A DNA stretch of 57,373 bases from Nemertoderma westbladi. Taxonomy: Eukaryota; Animalia; Xenacoelomorpha. This document shows positions 34,401-47,851 of the stretch, piece after piece. Every line of letters begins with the position of its first letter. Within the stretch, counting starts at the first letter, position 1. The position numbers and the translations under genes are program-made. Where the stretch lies: assembly GCA_032718475.1 (NCBI GenBank), contig JAUCBJ010000895.1, positions 1 through 57,373 of the forward strand. Reading direction: 5' to 3'. The notes below the pieces were generated by a model. That model worked only from the letters and a program-made list of their open reading frames with translations, searched no databases and had not been told where the DNA came from.

Positions 34401-36400
34401 AATGTCCTGGTGTTCGGCCAATAGGAATTGGTGAGTGCCTGCGACGGATCATGGGCTGTGCCATGGCAGAGGCGACCGGGGACGACATCACCAACACGTG
34501 CGGAGTGGAGCAGTTGTCGGCTGGCACCTCTGCGGGTGCTGAGGCGGCTATCCACTCGATGGCGGCAATATTTGAGGATTGGCGTGATGATGGGTGGGGT
34601 GTTCTCCTGGTGGATGCATCAAATGCATTCAATGCACTAAACAGAACGGCAGCTCTGTGGAACGTCCGCCAACTGTGGCCCCGGTGTTCACTGTTCTTGT
34701 TCAACAGTTACCGGGGTCACAGCATCCTCATAGTCCACGGAACAGAGGAGGTGCTGTTCAGCGAGGAAGGGGCCACGCAGGGTGACCCATTAGCAATGCC
34801 GTTCTATGCGTCGGGTACACTCCCTCTTATTCGTCGTCTCAGAAGCACCAAGACTCGCCAGAACTGGTATGCCGGCGACTCCGTGGCAGCAGGAAAGCTA
34901 GAATATGTTCTTGACTGGTTCCTCCTGCTGCAGCATCACGGCCCCACACTCGGCTACTACCCAGAGCCTACAAAATGCTTCCTTGTAGTTGACGAAGCCT
35001 TTCTGGATGAGGCCAACAGGGTTTTCGCGGGTCACCCCATCAACATCATAATGGGACACCGCTTCCTCGGGGGGTTTATTGGTGGGACGGACGACCAGAA
35101 GATGTTTGTAGGGGTGAAGGTAGCAGCGTGGGTCGCTTCTGTCGATAAACTGTCTGAGATGGCTGAGGCCCAGCCGCAGGCCGCATTCGCAGCGATGGCC
35201 TGTTCTCTGCAAAGAGAATGGGCTTATCTCCAGCGCGTCACACCTAACTGTAGCCTTGAGTTTGAGGACCTGGAGCGCGCCATCGCGGAGAAGTTCCTCC
35301 CAGCCGTTCTCAATGGAGATATGTCAGTGAAGGAACGTAGCTTGTTTGCCCTGTCCCCTCGCACTGGCGGCATGGGCCTACGCAACCCCGTCGCAGAGGC
35401 CGCCATTTCCTACAGGGTGTCACAAAGTGGAACGCGAGCCCTATCACGGGCAATCCTGGGCGACGACGAATTCTCTCTGGCGGGACATCTAGAATGCCTC
35501 CAATATGCGAGGAAGGCTGGGCGGGTAGAACAGCTGGCCCGCGAGGAAGACCAGTATATAAGGAAGCGGTGGAGGAGATGCCTAAAGACCGGCGAAGGAC
35601 TATCCAACGCGCTGCGGACTACCGCTCGGGTGGGTGGATCTCCTCCCTCCCGATATCGGAACACCAGCTGGATCTTTCGCCCCTGGAGTTCAGGGACGCG
35701 CTGGCCATCCGGTATGGCCGTCCCTTAGCATCGGTTCCAAGCCGCTGTGACGGATGCGGGGCGGGGCCGCCTTCGACATTAAGAAAGGCGGCCTCGTAAT
35801 ACACAGGCATAATGAGCTGCGGGACCTCGTGGGGAACATCGCGGCCCAGGCGTTCGGCTCACGCAACGTGGTGTTGGAACCCATCGTCCGGGAACAGGCG
35901 GGGATTGAGGACAAGGCGGGGCTACGGTGCGACATCGGGATTCGGGGCGCGTTTGAGAGTCAGACCCAGGCGTTGATTGATATAAAGGTAATGAACCTTG
36001 ACGCGGGTCTTACTCAAGCCACACCCCAATGAGTGTTCTCGAGTCTGCTGAGGATGCTAAGAAGCGGATCTATGCCGACGCCGTTTCTGATCGTCGTGGC
36101 AACTTCTCCCCGTTTGTCACCTCGTGCGATGGGATCGTGGCTCCACAGGCCAACAAACTGCTCCGGACCTTTGCGGAGAGGCTGCATCGCGCGTGGGGGA
36201 AACCCTACAGTGTGGTAATGGGCTGGATCCGGACCCGAGTCCAACTCGCCATTATCCGCGGGGCTTCCCACTGCCTCCGTGGATCCCGGGTGAATTGGCG
36301 CAGCAGACTGGGCCTGGAGGACGGCGCAGGGCTGCCCTAAATGGCCTATTACTAGGCAACCAGCAACCGCCCCTTCAAGTAATAAAACATTTTAATATAC
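31463..36400 (+). mobile_element. CRE-clade non-LTR retrotransposon (single ORF: Cys-rich N-terminus, repeats, RT, Zn knuckle, restriction-like endonuclease), inactivated
   Basis: RLIALDKCPGVRPIGIGECLRR; LVDASNAFN; GATQGDPLAM; WYAGD (YADD altered); GGMGL; CDGCG...KGGLVIHRHNELRD; RCDI..RG...IDIKV; AEDAKKRIY. ORFs 31463 and 33365 share a frame and are separated by one TAG; later frameshifts; AATAAA at about 36381. Confidence 0.9.
32110..33455 (+). repeat. Two blocks of 21-bp in-frame minisatellite inside the CRE ORF (SGAPQYV and GVGAGQS units)
   Basis: GGTGCCCCCCAGTATGTGTCG repeats (clearest at 32297-32485) and GGGGTTGGAGCAGGTCAGTCC repeats (32745-33455). Confidence 0.92.
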
Positions 36401-37074
36401 ATCAAATACTAAATACTTGATTAACAAAGTATAGTTTTTAATTGTTTTGTGTTTGTATTCGTATTTTGTTTAATAATATTTGCTAATATTTGTTTTTTTC
36501 TATTACATTTATCAGCCAATAAAAAGAGGGAGTATAATATATCTATCTTCTATTAGTTAATGTGTTTGTATTGACAATGAATTATAATATTAATTCGAAA
36601 TATATTTACGATATTGCTGTATTGCTCCGTTTACTTATTATTATTAATTTTGCAACTATCTACACTAACTTGAATTACATTACTTCATCATTATAAACAC
36701 AATAAATAACCTTACTTCATCGTAGCTCGCCCCTACAACTCGTTAATGGTACCCATATGCTAAGGCTTCACTCGCTTCATGGCTCGCCCCATTTTTTCAT
36801 CAAATCACGAAATAACTGGGTTACTAGCAATCAAAAATTTATGGTGGTGACAGACGGCGATAAGGCAACTCGCCGATGATACCTATATGCTTTCACACAC
36901 ATCACGGCTCGCCCCCTCCCCATATAAGTAGAATAATCAAATTAAAAATGATATTATAAATACCTTATACTCATTTCACGGCTCGCCCCCACAACTTATT
37001 GCTTGACAATAACTGTAGAATTGCAATATTGGTAGCCGCCGTTAGTCTGTGTTTATTCACCTTTTTTAGTTGTT

Positions 37075-37383
37075 GCGTCTGTCATAGTCTATCATGTTAA
37101 AGACTTTAATAAACGTCTGCAACCCACTTACTTACTATATTGGGTTTCACCTATTGCGGTTCAAGGTCAAACGCCAACCGGTAGACACGAATTAATTAAA
37201 TAACTTCCGTCTGTGGACTGGTCTTATACCACATATGTCACATATACACAGTGGTGACATATGTTACATATGTACAATGGTAACCATAGTAAGTGGGTGG
37301 GGTGACACAATGGTAATCATAGTAAGTAGGCGGGGCAAGAGCCGTTCAGCAAAGTCTTTAACATGGTAGACTATGGCAGACGC
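37075..37383. mobile_element. MITE with 33-bp TIRs
   Basis: GCGTCTGTCATAGTCTATCATGTTAAAGACTTT at 37075 and its reverse complement (2 mismatches) at 37351-37383; TGTT flanks both sides. Confidence 0.75.
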
Positions 37384-37528
37384 TGTTTCATTTAAGTTGT
37401 TTACCCTACTACTTGTGTGGTCACAAATAATGGTCGGTGGCAATTTAATATTTAGAAAATAAATTAATGTTATCCTTAAAACTTAAAAATTAACGATTTA
37501 CCACAAATTATCTAAAGCAATAGGCCTA

Positions 37529-39814
37529 GGGTAATCTGGGGTACTTCCGGCCATGGGGTAATTCCGGACATCCGTGAAATTTCGGACAAAAACAGCTTAT
37601 GATTATTAGATTAAGCTATTATAGTACTGGTAGTGGTACTGTAGATTTATAGTAGATTTAGGCATATCGTGGGTTGCCCTTGCAGTGCACTGTGCAGTCA
37701 TAAATAAATTAATGTACAGTGAAACTGTCACTGTGATACCAGTCTGCTACTAGTGTCAGAGTGTGTAAACTACTAAAATTACTTAGGCCCCTATTCATTC
37801 ATGTATCAGTATCAGTGCGGCAGTGTATGCGAATTCACTTGGCCTAATTGCCTAATATTAATTTAAACCATTAACCGTTTAATACCAGTCTGCCAGTAGG
37901 CCTATTATTGCTATTAATAATTGAAATGCCACGCAATTACATACGAAAGAAACCTCCCCGATCATATTCCAAGGATGACCTAGACTTAGCAGTCCAGCGT
38001 TATAGGAGTAAAGAGGAAGGGTTAAGTTTAAGGGAACTTTCTTTAGAGACAGGAATTCCTAAAAGCACTTTAAGTGAATGGAATAAGAATGAATGGAAGG
38101 GAAATCAAAAGAGATCTACAAAAAAAGGTAGAATTGAACATTTTGGAGCAGGTCGCCCAACCGAATTACATCGGGATCGGGATATAGAGGAGTACTTAGT
38201 TTCTGCCCTAGAGTTCTTGGGCGATCTAGGGTGGCAATTTGAGCCAAATCTTTTGGCAACTGTTGTTAAGTCCTACTTAGATGAAACTGGTGAGTCGAAT
38301 CGGTTTACTGTCAACACACCGGGTTACGATTGGCTTAATGGCTTTCAAATCTAGGTGGAAAAATCGCATAAGTGAGCGGAAGCCAGAATATGTAACTGTA
38401 GCTCGTGCAAAGGGTTTAACTGAAGAAGTTCTAGTGGCCTTCTTTGGAATGGTAAAGGAACTTGTCGATAAACTAAATATTGCAGACCTTCCCAATCGCT
38501 TCTTTAACCTGGACGAAATTGGGCTAGCTTTAGATCCTAAGGCTCGTAAATGTTTTTATCGTAGGGGAAGTAAAGATGCTCAATTTTTGGTTCCCAGTGA
38601 AGGTAAAACTATGTATACGGTTCTTTTTTGTGGGAATGCTTCTGGTGAATTTTTACCTCCATATGTCATATATAAAGGGAAGGGGAACCAAGTCATGGAT
38701 TCGTGGGTTGTTGGAGGGCCAGCTAATGCATCATACAATGTAACCAAAAGTGGCTGGATGGAGGACTTTGTATTCGAAGCATGGTTTGACAATGTACTAT
38801 TTAAATTCCTAAAGGACAAAACTAAGCCCATAATTCTGTTCTTTGATGGGCATGGTTCCAACCTAACCTACCAAACCGCCTTTAAAGCCAAAGGGGAAGG
38901 AGTGCATATTGTCTGCTTACCACCACATACCTGAAGCGCTTTGCAGCCATTAGATGTTACATGCTACGGTCCAGCAAAAAAAGTTTGGTATAAAGTGTTA
39001 AGTAACTTCTACCGGGAATCTAGACAGAAAACTGTTCGAAAGGCAACATTTCCAACACTTCTTAAACAACTCTTTGAACAAGCTTTCATAGATAAACCAG
39101 ATCACATAATAAGTGGATTTCGTAAAGCTGGGTTGTATCCTGTTAACATGAGCGCTATTCCTCAAACTAAGATTCTTCCTTCAAAAGCTCTTGTTGATGT
39201 TGAACAGCAGATTGGAACACCCTCTACATCATCATCTTCACACTCACCCCCCTCTAGCTCTTCAGACCTCTACAGCAACACAACCACGAGAGTAACACAA
39301 CCATTCTCAACACCGACCTCTGCAGCAACACAAACACGTTCAATGCCAACCTCTGCAGCAACTCAACAACTCTCAACGCCGACCTCTGCAGCAACTCAAC
39401 CACTCTCAACGCCGACCTCTGCAGCAACACAACCACGCTTAACACCGACCTCTGCAGCAACACAACAACCCTCAACACCGACCTCTGCAGCAACACAACC
39501 ACCCTCAACACCGACCTCTGCAGCAACACAACCATGCTCAACACCAACCTCTACAGCAACACAACCACCCTTAACACTAATAACTCCATCTCTATCTCCT
39601 CATAAAGCAATGCATGAAGCTATTGTGAGGGCAGTTCGTCCACAAATGTCCAAAAGCACTGAGGTTGCATTAGCAAATGCAAAGCACAAGCGGTCCAGGG
39701 TTCAGAAAAAGATTGGGGAAATAATGACTGAAGAGTCTTCTTTAAAACGCCTAAAAATGGAGCAGTTGCAGAGAGAAGAAAAGAAGAAGTTGGCTAAAGC
39801 GAAATCTAAGGGTA
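37529..39814 (+). mobile_element. pogo/Tigger-type DNA transposon (HTH-psq, CENP-B HTH, DDE_1), pseudogenised and interrupted by an RTE
   Basis: Left-end motif GGGGTACTTCCGGCCA / GGGGTAATTCCGGACA; MPRNYIRKK...GIPKSTL; FNLDE; SGWME; FFDGHGS; LPPHT*SALQPLDV (premature stop); frameshift near 38345; 30-bp in-frame repeat (TPTSAATQPL) at about 39290-39570. Confidence 0.92.
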
Positions 39815-41420
39815 CTCCCAGATATTCCCATTGGTGATATCTCCTTTGCAGAAGTGAAGGCTGCTGCAAAGAGCATTAAGACCAATCGTGCCAGTGGAGT
39901 AGATGGTGTTCCCCCTGAGGTCTTTAAAATACCTGAGTGTTTAAAGCTCATCTATCCCATCATAGTAGACATGTACCGAACAACAAGAGTCCCACAAGAA
40001 ATGAAAACAAATAAGTTGGTGCCAGTTCCCAAGAAGGGCAACCTAACACTCTATGGTTCTTTTCGGGGAATCTCATTGATCTCGATTGCTGCAAAGCTAT
40101 ACAATAGAATTCTATTAAATCGCATCAGGGATCCCATTGAGAGACTGCTCCGTGGAAATCAGAATGGGTTCCGTAAAGGTCGTGGGACCATGGAGCCCAT
40201 TTTGGCACTTTGAAGGATAATTGAGGGGTTATCAAAAAAGAAAGACAGGCATCTGTCTGTTATCTTTGTTGACTTCTTCAACGCCTTTGATTCAGTTTCT
40301 CGCTCACGTATGTTCAGCATACTTTCATTATATGGGATTCATGATGAAATTATTGCAGCAATCAGATCAGTCTACGATGGTTCGACAACATTTGTGTCTA
40401 CTGTTGACGGTGACACAGAACCATTTGAAGTGTTATGGGGCGTCCTCCAGGGAGACACACTTGCACCATTCTTGTTCATTATTGTGGTTGACTATGTTCT
40501 ACGCATGTCCTTAGATCATTATAATGATGATGGGGTGATGATAACTCCACCTACTGGCTCCAGAAGTCGAGGAAATCCTGCCAAGTACCTAACTGATCTA
40601 GACTGTGCTGATGACTTAGGAGTACTCTCAGAATCACTAGAGGGAGCCCAACGGCTCCTCAGCTCATTAGAACAAGCCGCTTCTAGTGTTGGTCTTTTTA
40701 TGAACTCCAGAAAGACCAAAATTTTGACAGTTAACTTTGAAAGTCCTCAGCAAGTCTCTGATCGGATGAGCATAAGCTCAAAAGATGGTATGCTTGAGCA
40801 TGTGGATTACTTCTGTTACCTGGGATCATGGATCCGGAAGTCAGGTGAGGACCTTCGAATACGTAAGGGAAAGGCATGGGCAGCCTTGAATAGGCTTTCC
40901 AGGATTTGGAAGTCACCGAGAATTAATCGGAAACTTAAGGTCCGATTATTTAGAGCAGCAGTAGTTCCAGTACTCCTCTATGGGAGTCCATGCTGGGCTC
41001 TAACTGCTGAGAACACCAAATCTCTGGATGGCACATTCACAAGAATGCTACGCCGGGTTCATTGTGTCAAGTACAATGCACACATCTCCAACCAGACACT
41101 ATATAACATTGGAGGTGTCTCATTGGTTCCCCCAAGCTTGACACTAGAACAAAATCGCCTCCGCTTTGCAGGACATTGCTTTCGCCGTGAGGACCAGCCA
41201 GTGCATAATCTTGTGCTTTGGCAGCCTCATGGAGTGAATAAGCATGGTGGACAGCCCATGACTTTCTTGAGACGCATCTTAAAGGACACTGGCCTTGAAG
41301 ATGCGGGTGATCTAGCAAATGTCATGGGTGATAGGGAGTTGTGGCGGTGCAATTTTGTCAATAAGCCGGCACAGCATTCTTAAAAATGCAGCTGCAATGC
41401 AGCATGCCGATCCTAGTAGT
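39815..41420 (+). mobile_element. 5'-truncated RTE-clade LINE (RT domain, 3' UTR, (TAG)n tail) inserted in the pogo element
   Basis: PVPKKGNL..FRGISL; QNGFRKGR; FVDFFNAFDS; GVLQGDTLAPFLF; CADD; FCYLGS; RLRFAGH. AGGGTA is duplicated at 39809-39814 and 41421-41426 (candidate TSD); premature stop at about 40211. Confidence 0.93.
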
Positions 41421-42612
41421 AGGGTAGTCTGTAAGGAACACATATTGGCCAGTTATCTACGGCAGAACCAATAGAAGGGAAGACACAATTGACCCTGCAC
41501 ACCCCTGTATGTTGTTATGGTAACCTGTAGCACGGCCACTGCTTCAAGCTTGGGTTTACCTACCAAAACAGGATGCTGCTGCCTGTATATATTCTTATAT
41601 TGGTCAGTTGGGTAGCAACTCCCTGACATGGGTAATGAATTAACTCTCCAGCAGTCTATGTTGTTAGGTAACTCTATAGTAGTAATCTATGGCCGGAGAC
41701 ACTCACTGTGTCTTGGTACTGGCGGTGGTTACACTATTATTTCTACCTTGCATGCTTGCTGCGTCTCTGAAGTCAGAGAATTCACCTTATTGCTTTTTTG
41801 CCAGCTTATTGAATGAACGAAATCAATATAAGCAAACTTTTATATAAATTTTACAAAATAATTAATTTTAATAACTAACTTCGCTAAATAATTTTTGTTG
41901 TTTCAAGTAGTATTTATCGTTTAAGCCGATATTTATTATTAATTTAATTCAGTATTCGCGTATTTGCGTCAAGATTATGTATAATCACTTTTCTATTATA
42001 CTTTATTCCAGATCGGGGGGAAAACTCGACGCAATAAAAATTCATCCCTCACCAGAGGAAATTCGACGCAAATAACAGCTGATTACTCTCAAAAATAAAC
42101 TGTAACCTGTTATATTGTATTTAGTTTATTGTTTTGGTTAAAATAACGTGCCACTGTAACCTGCTCCTTTCCCTAAATTGAGAATTTAATATTGAGGCGG
42201 GATATTAATTCGCCAGTTCCCCCCCCCCCCACCCCCCTGTCTCACTTTATCATACTGTCATAGGCCAGAAGCTGAATCAGTGAATAGTTTAGTCTTTTTA
42301 TTTTTTTGCGTTATATTTATTTATTTTATTGTATTATATTTTAGGCATAAGTCACGTTTATTGTTTTGGTTCCTCCAACCTATCTCTGCAATCTGCTCCT
42401 TCACTTACCTGCATACCGTAATACATACTGAAATACCGAAAAACATTTAGGGCAGAAAAAGTTAATTTCAGAACCATAAAAATATATGCGTTTTATTTTA
42501 TTATATTAATGATAATTGGATTAGTTAGAATTTATAAGTAGATTAATTAGATCAGTGTCAATGGTAAGAACAATAGATAAATTATAATAATATATTCAAA
42601 CTTTCAACTTGA

Positions 42613-42738
42613 CTACTACTACTGGGATCGGCATGCTGCATTCCAGCAGCATTTTTAAGAATGCTGTGCCGGCTTGTCGACAAAATTGCGCCGCCACAAC
42701 TCCCTATCACCCATGACATTTGCTAGATCATCCGCAAG
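42613..42738 (-). mobile_element. Very short 3'-end copy of the same RTE with a target-site duplication
   Basis: Matches the RTE 3' end and (TAG)n tail; TTTCAACTTGA at 42602-42612 and 42739-42749. Confidence 0.9.
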
Positions 42739-44460
42739 TTTCAACTTGAACTAAGGATTGGGTTTTCACAATGGCCATTGTTCTGTTTCAGAGCGTATTT
42801 TTAACTCTTTTATAAAGTAAAAAAATAATAAAAATTGAATCGTAAAAGTGTAAAACCTTGTTCACCCAGCCATGCAATAATGGCTGGGTGAACTAATATT
42901 GTCCAATGAGAAAATTTACTATGCCCATTCATTATGTTCAGGGTGGTGGGAGGGTTAAGCACCGAAAATATAATTTGATATTCTAGAGGTCCACGGGTTC
43001 CGTACTGTCTGTCTATATACATGTGTTTTATAAATATAATATTTTAATGAGAAGTAGCCTTTTATTTTATTTAAGTAGCTAGTGTGATATATTTCCTTCT
43101 TTTGATTGCGTTCATTCATTTTAATTAATGTAATACTGCCTATAATATTCTGACAGTTTTATCTTAATCTTATAAATAGTTTCACTTTGTCATGGCAACA
43201 CAATCGTCGCTCGCAATACGTAAGAATATTAACGTGCAGATGCACGTCGCGCGGCTTTTATCTCCGGCCTATTCCGGAGCGTCGCTCACTGTGTTACAAG
43301 ACCGAGGGGGAATGATCCCGAGATCGCGGGTGCATCCCAGGTTCTCCATATCACCAAACCGGCTACGAAGACCCTGCCGGCCACCTACGGCAAAGGCCCG
43401 TAACGGACAAAGCGGGATATATCCTATAGTAGAGATCTCCTATAGTATATGTCCTAGTAGATATCCTATAGTCTTCTGCAGGTTTGTTATCCGTCACATA
43501 TTATTAATAATTTTGTTTGTAAATTTTGTAAGTTATGGTGGCAAAGTTAGAAATGCACTGAATATTATATGATTTTAATAAAGATAAATAATTACAGCAT
43601 TAATTACTTTGTTGGTATGTACCGCGCCAAAATGTTTGAAAATTTGATTTGACTGTAAAACAAAGGGGCGTTTTCTAAGCGCTGTAGCCGTACTATATTT
43701 ACTAAACATAATATATAAAAATTCAGTACCCAATAGGTTGCCGGTAAATCAATATGTACATAAAAAATATAAAGAAGGCACAAATTTATGTTTTCTTAAA
43801 AATTGCCATTTAACATTACATTTGGGGAAATATTAGACCAGAAATATCGATACCCAATGTCACTGAACACAAAATTATCATATAATTGAGTTATAATGTC
43901 ACCCTTCTTTTGATATAAAATGCAGTTATTTAATAATTACACCACCTTTAAGCAACGTCGTTATTAATTATTACAGCGATCCCCTGTGGAAATACATATA
44001 TATAGTGATATAATGCAAACGTTGTCGTTATGCACCATTGTCTGTCGAATTGCTCGCGTTCGTGTTTGGGGAAGTCTAGCCTAGTTAGGTAATCCTGTTT
44101 GCTATTCTGAAGAGGGAAAAAACAACCCCCCAAAGAAACCCCCAATCAGAATGGCAGAAGGTGGATATACGGAAATGCACTGATCAAGTACCACTTCCTA
44201 TGCCTATTTCAACCATGAAAAAAAAAATAAATTGAGGCACTATTAATTATTATTATTCTTACAAATTGAGATGGCGATTTTGGTTTCTAATAGAATAAAT
44301 TCAGAATCGATATTTTCATGCGCATACAACACATACATGCTGTTGTGTATAGGTAAATTAAGATGTAATATATGACTATATATAATTTCGAATAGAGGAT
44401 ATATATAATATCTAATAATAATAGTAATCATATATTATGTTCATGATCAGTGAACATGTA

Positions 44461-45309
44461 TCAGTCATTGATTGAAGACACCATAACGCGTTGAGCATTT
44501 ATGAGTTCGTAGTCTGATGGCCTTATGTAGGATTCGTAGCAAGAACTTCTCCATCATCCTAATTTCTTTATAGTGTTTGGAGGTATACCAACCTTGGAGG
44601 CAGTGGTGGCCATCCCAGAACGAAAACTATGGCTTGAGTAACCCTGTCCCATTATTTTACGTAAAACACCATTAATTTGGTGGGCTTGAACTGATTCACC
44701 TGTTGACCATATAAAAAGTGGGGATATGTTTGGGCCGCATTGATCTCTGAACTGTAGGTATATCTTCAGGCGATTATGTGGGCACAATGGTCCACCCACC
44801 TTAGCAATGGGAAACTTTAGAGCTGAACGTGATGTCAAATTAACATATTCTGACACTCTCATGCCACCGAAGAAAGCCATTGTAAAAATGGCCTTCATCA
44901 TTTGTATATCAAGCAAACGGTTGTTGTAAAATTGTGGTAAGGATTGCATTAATAAGTGTAGGTCGGCTGCCATTATAGGCCGGGCAACGGATGGAGCTCC
45001 ATTGGCTCTTTCGCATCCTCGTATAATATGTTGTAGCCGTCCCATATTTATATCTGATGAGCATTCTATGTTCATTAAGGTACTCATTATACCTGCAAGG
45101 TACATCCGTATAGATGATGCCCGCAGACCACTATAGTGAGACATAAGAATAAATGTTTCCAGAGTTCTTTGACAAACAGGAGTATGTGCTTTTCCTGCGA
45201 TTCTGCAGAATAGTTTGTACTTATACCATGCTGATATATACTTCTTTTGGGTATTATGACTAAAACTATCAACAACAAGCTGATTTATTAAGGATTGGTG
45301 AATTTCCAT
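44461..45309 (-). pseudogene. Tyrosine recombinase of DIRS/Ngaro type
   Basis: SAM-like N-terminus (T...Y.SAW..Y..FC); AFFGGMRVSEY; LCP; YSSHSFRSGMAT...IKKLG*WRSSCYESYIR (premature TGA in the GRW motif, catalytic Tyr beyond it). The usual SKTD segment appears deleted. Confidence 0.9.
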
Positions 45310-45416
45310 GGCGATGGATGTTTCATATGGCTGGTAGACAATATATATATAAACTATTTATAGTTTAGTTTGTAAACTATTTATAGTTTAGTTCGTAAAC
45401 TACTTAATAACATATG

Positions 45417-46139
45417 CTATTTTTTATAGATGCGATTATATATATTTAAACAGTTTATGCTTGTGGGTAAACTATCCTTGCTGATTTTAGGCAGCGATTT
45501 TACAATCGGGACCCTCTCCCAAACATTGTTGATATTATTGTCCTCTTCATTATCGTACTGAGGTCGATGTCGGAACCTATTGTCATTTGTACCTCTTCTA
45601 ACATCGTCTGAATCATCCTGATATCTCCTATTGAAGTGTGATTCAGAATCCTCTCGGTTTTTGGATTTGCAATCAGGGCGATAATGACCCTCACGGTGAC
45701 ACCCGTGGCTGAAAACTCCCCTCTTGAAGTTGCTCTGGTTTGTTTTCCTTGGTGACGTCATAAATGCCTCTGCTGGCAAACATGATCCTAAATGCTGCTT
45801 GTCGCAGTTTCGACATCTGCTCATGTAGTCCGATCGCATGGGATGGCGAATAGTTGGTGGTTGCTCCCATCCTCCCTGATTCGTTTCAACATAGAGACGA
45901 TGGTCTTTGTCAACCTTGAGTAAAAACCCAAGTGAATATAATGGGGCTATCTCGAGCATGTTCCGATAATAAGTCCATATCTTTGGTGCTTCTTCTGGAT
46001 AGAAGGCACTCTTATAACTAGCAAGTAGGGCTAAGCAGTTCAACATTCCCCCTGTGGATTCTACTTCTGCGTTTTTCCCATATTTTCCATTCAGCTCTTG
46101 CCGTTCAGCCAGTTCAATTAGAGGGATATATCGGTCCAT
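45417..46139 (-). CDS. Gag-like ORF of a tyrosine-recombinase retroelement
   Basis: Y..Y...I...A..Y.......D..HR pattern as in DIRS-type ORF1; Cys/His knuckles CRNCDKQHLGSC and HGCHREGHYRPDC; same strand and directly upstream of the recombinase. Confidence 0.65.
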   Translation of the reverse strand: MDRYIPLIELAERQELNGKYGKNAEVESTGGMLNCLALLASYKSAFYPEEAPKIWTYYRNMLEIAPLYSLGFLLKVDKDHRLYVETNQGGWEQPPTIRHPMRSDYMSRCRNCDKQHLGSCLPAEAFMTSPRKTNQSNFKRGVFSHGCHREGHYRPDCKSKNREDSESHFNRRYQDDSDDVRRGTNDNRFRHRPQYDNEEDNNINNVWERVPIVKSLPKISKDSLPTSINCLNIYNRIYKK

Positions 46140-46168
46140 ATATTATATTGAATATTGAATAACATATA

Positions 46169-46630
46169 TTATTGATCCACTGTGTCCCTTTCAAGTGGTC
46201 GTGTTGATGACAATACCCCAGGCACTTCCTTGTCCGATCGTGTTATTTGGCGTTTATTTCCTTTCGATTGTGTTATCCCATCCATAGAATAATTTTGTTG
46301 AGCCTTCAACAAAACTCCTACAAACTTCTCCATGAATGTAATTTCATGTTCTTGGGCTGTTTCAGGTTGTATGTGTGGCTTAGGGGATGTTGCTCTGACC
46401 GGAATAAAAATAATAAAATCGTTATTGATAGCTTTATTTAATTTGTATACTACACCAGAGAATGTTACCTGCTCACCATGATGCAACACCAGATATTGTG
46501 ATGCACTACTTGGGGCTTCTGTGCCCTCCCAGATGGGACCCTCGGTTGACAGTTGTAATCTCAACCATGAGTTGCTTTCGCATCTATATGCAATAGTGCC
46601 AATGGTATAATTTATCTCTGGAACTGACAT
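46169..46630 (-). CDS. Unknown ORF, probably the N-terminal part of the gag-like gene
   Basis: ATG-initiated 153 aa on the same strand, ending 30 bp before the gag-like ORF; no recognisable domain. Confidence 0.35.
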   Translation of the reverse strand: MSVPEINYTIGTIAYRCESNSWLRLQLSTEGPIWEGTEAPSSASQYLVLHHGEQVTFSGVVYKLNKAINNDFIIFIPVRATSPKPHIQPETAQEHEITFMEKFVGVLLKAQQNYSMDGITQSKGNKRQITRSDKEVPGVLSSTRPLERDTVDQ

Positions 46631-47051
46631 GATGTTGTAGATTTTATATACTTATTGAAAACAAATTTACTTATCTATGCATGATATTTTACCATGAACC
46701 ATGATACCGCTAAATGTTAAGATATATTGTTGACTGTGAAACGATGATCACCTTGGGATAGCTATAGTATTCATTTGGTATAAAGTATGAAAAAAAAATA
46801 TTTATTAAAATAAATAAAATCCATTGCCTTACTTGTGGACATTGTAGCATTGTCTATGTTTATTTTTATACTGGATTGAAAATGGCTTGTTTGATTTCGA
46901 ACCATTGGTCAAGAACAGGAGTTGGGTCTCCATTCATTTTTGGAAACAAAGCTTTGAATTTGCTGATCCTGAGACGGCTCAAGAGATCTGGACCAATGTT
47001 GTCATGTCCTGGGATGTGCTGGCAGAATACCATTATTCCGTATTATTCCGT

Positions 47052-47265
47052 GAAGGGATCCAGACATCCGCCTAAGCCCATAGGCTGTCCTCCCGTAAAG
47101 GGATCCAGACACCCGCCAGTAAATATTAGGCTGTCCCACTGTAAAGGGATCCGGACATCCGCCTGTATATTAGGCTGTCCTCCTGTAAAGGGATCCGGAC
47201 ACCCGCCAGTAGATATAGGCTGTCCTCCCATGAAGGGATCCGGACATCCGCCTGAGCCCATAGGT
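47052..47265. repeat. About 45-bp tandem repeat, about 5 copies
   Basis: AAGGGATCC(A/G)GACA(T/C)CCGCC...TAGGCTGTCC at 47053, 47098, 47144, 47188 and 47233. Confidence 0.9.
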
Positions 47266-47851
47266 TGAAGCTCTGATAGGACGTTGCCTTAGCAACGTTA
47301 TTCTGGCTTTGGGCTTGGCTGCCCAGAGTGATTTACAAACCTGGTTGTTCCTACAGACCATATGCTGATACACAACCTCCAAGGGAGGGGAAATGGCTGT
47401 GGTCCAGGTTGATATACGAGTCTGGTTATTCCTGCCGAGCAAATGCTAATACACACACACCCCTCCAAGGAAGGGAAAATAGTCACATAGGATGTTGCCT
47501 CAAAACCAATTACCTTTGTCAATTGGGTATTACTTTTATAAATGCTCACATTATTTACCGGACACTGTTACCTTTATTTCCTGAAAATGCAAATACATAT
47601 TTAAATAATTTTGAGGAACTAATTAATGCTTTTGTTATGCAGGATGGGGAACAAAATTATAAGGTTCATTATCGGTGGACGAAAAACCGCTGACAACACG
47701 AATCTTGGATGTTATCTGTAAGGCAATGCGGGTGCCACTCTATCTCCCAAGGTGGATACTCCGCAACCATCAAACACCTTTCTTTACTCACCCAGTAGAA
47801 GCCATAATGTTCGCTGGGTGGGCGCGGCGCACCTATTATGTAATGACACCA

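Noticed and set aside
43192-43572. GC-rich ORF or exon
   Set aside because: No recognisable motif in the frames examined; cannot be assigned.
44554-45309. Prophage or bacterial integrase
   Set aside because: The motifs and the adjacent gag-like ORF fit DIRS/Ngaro-type eukaryotic elements; no phage genes nearby.
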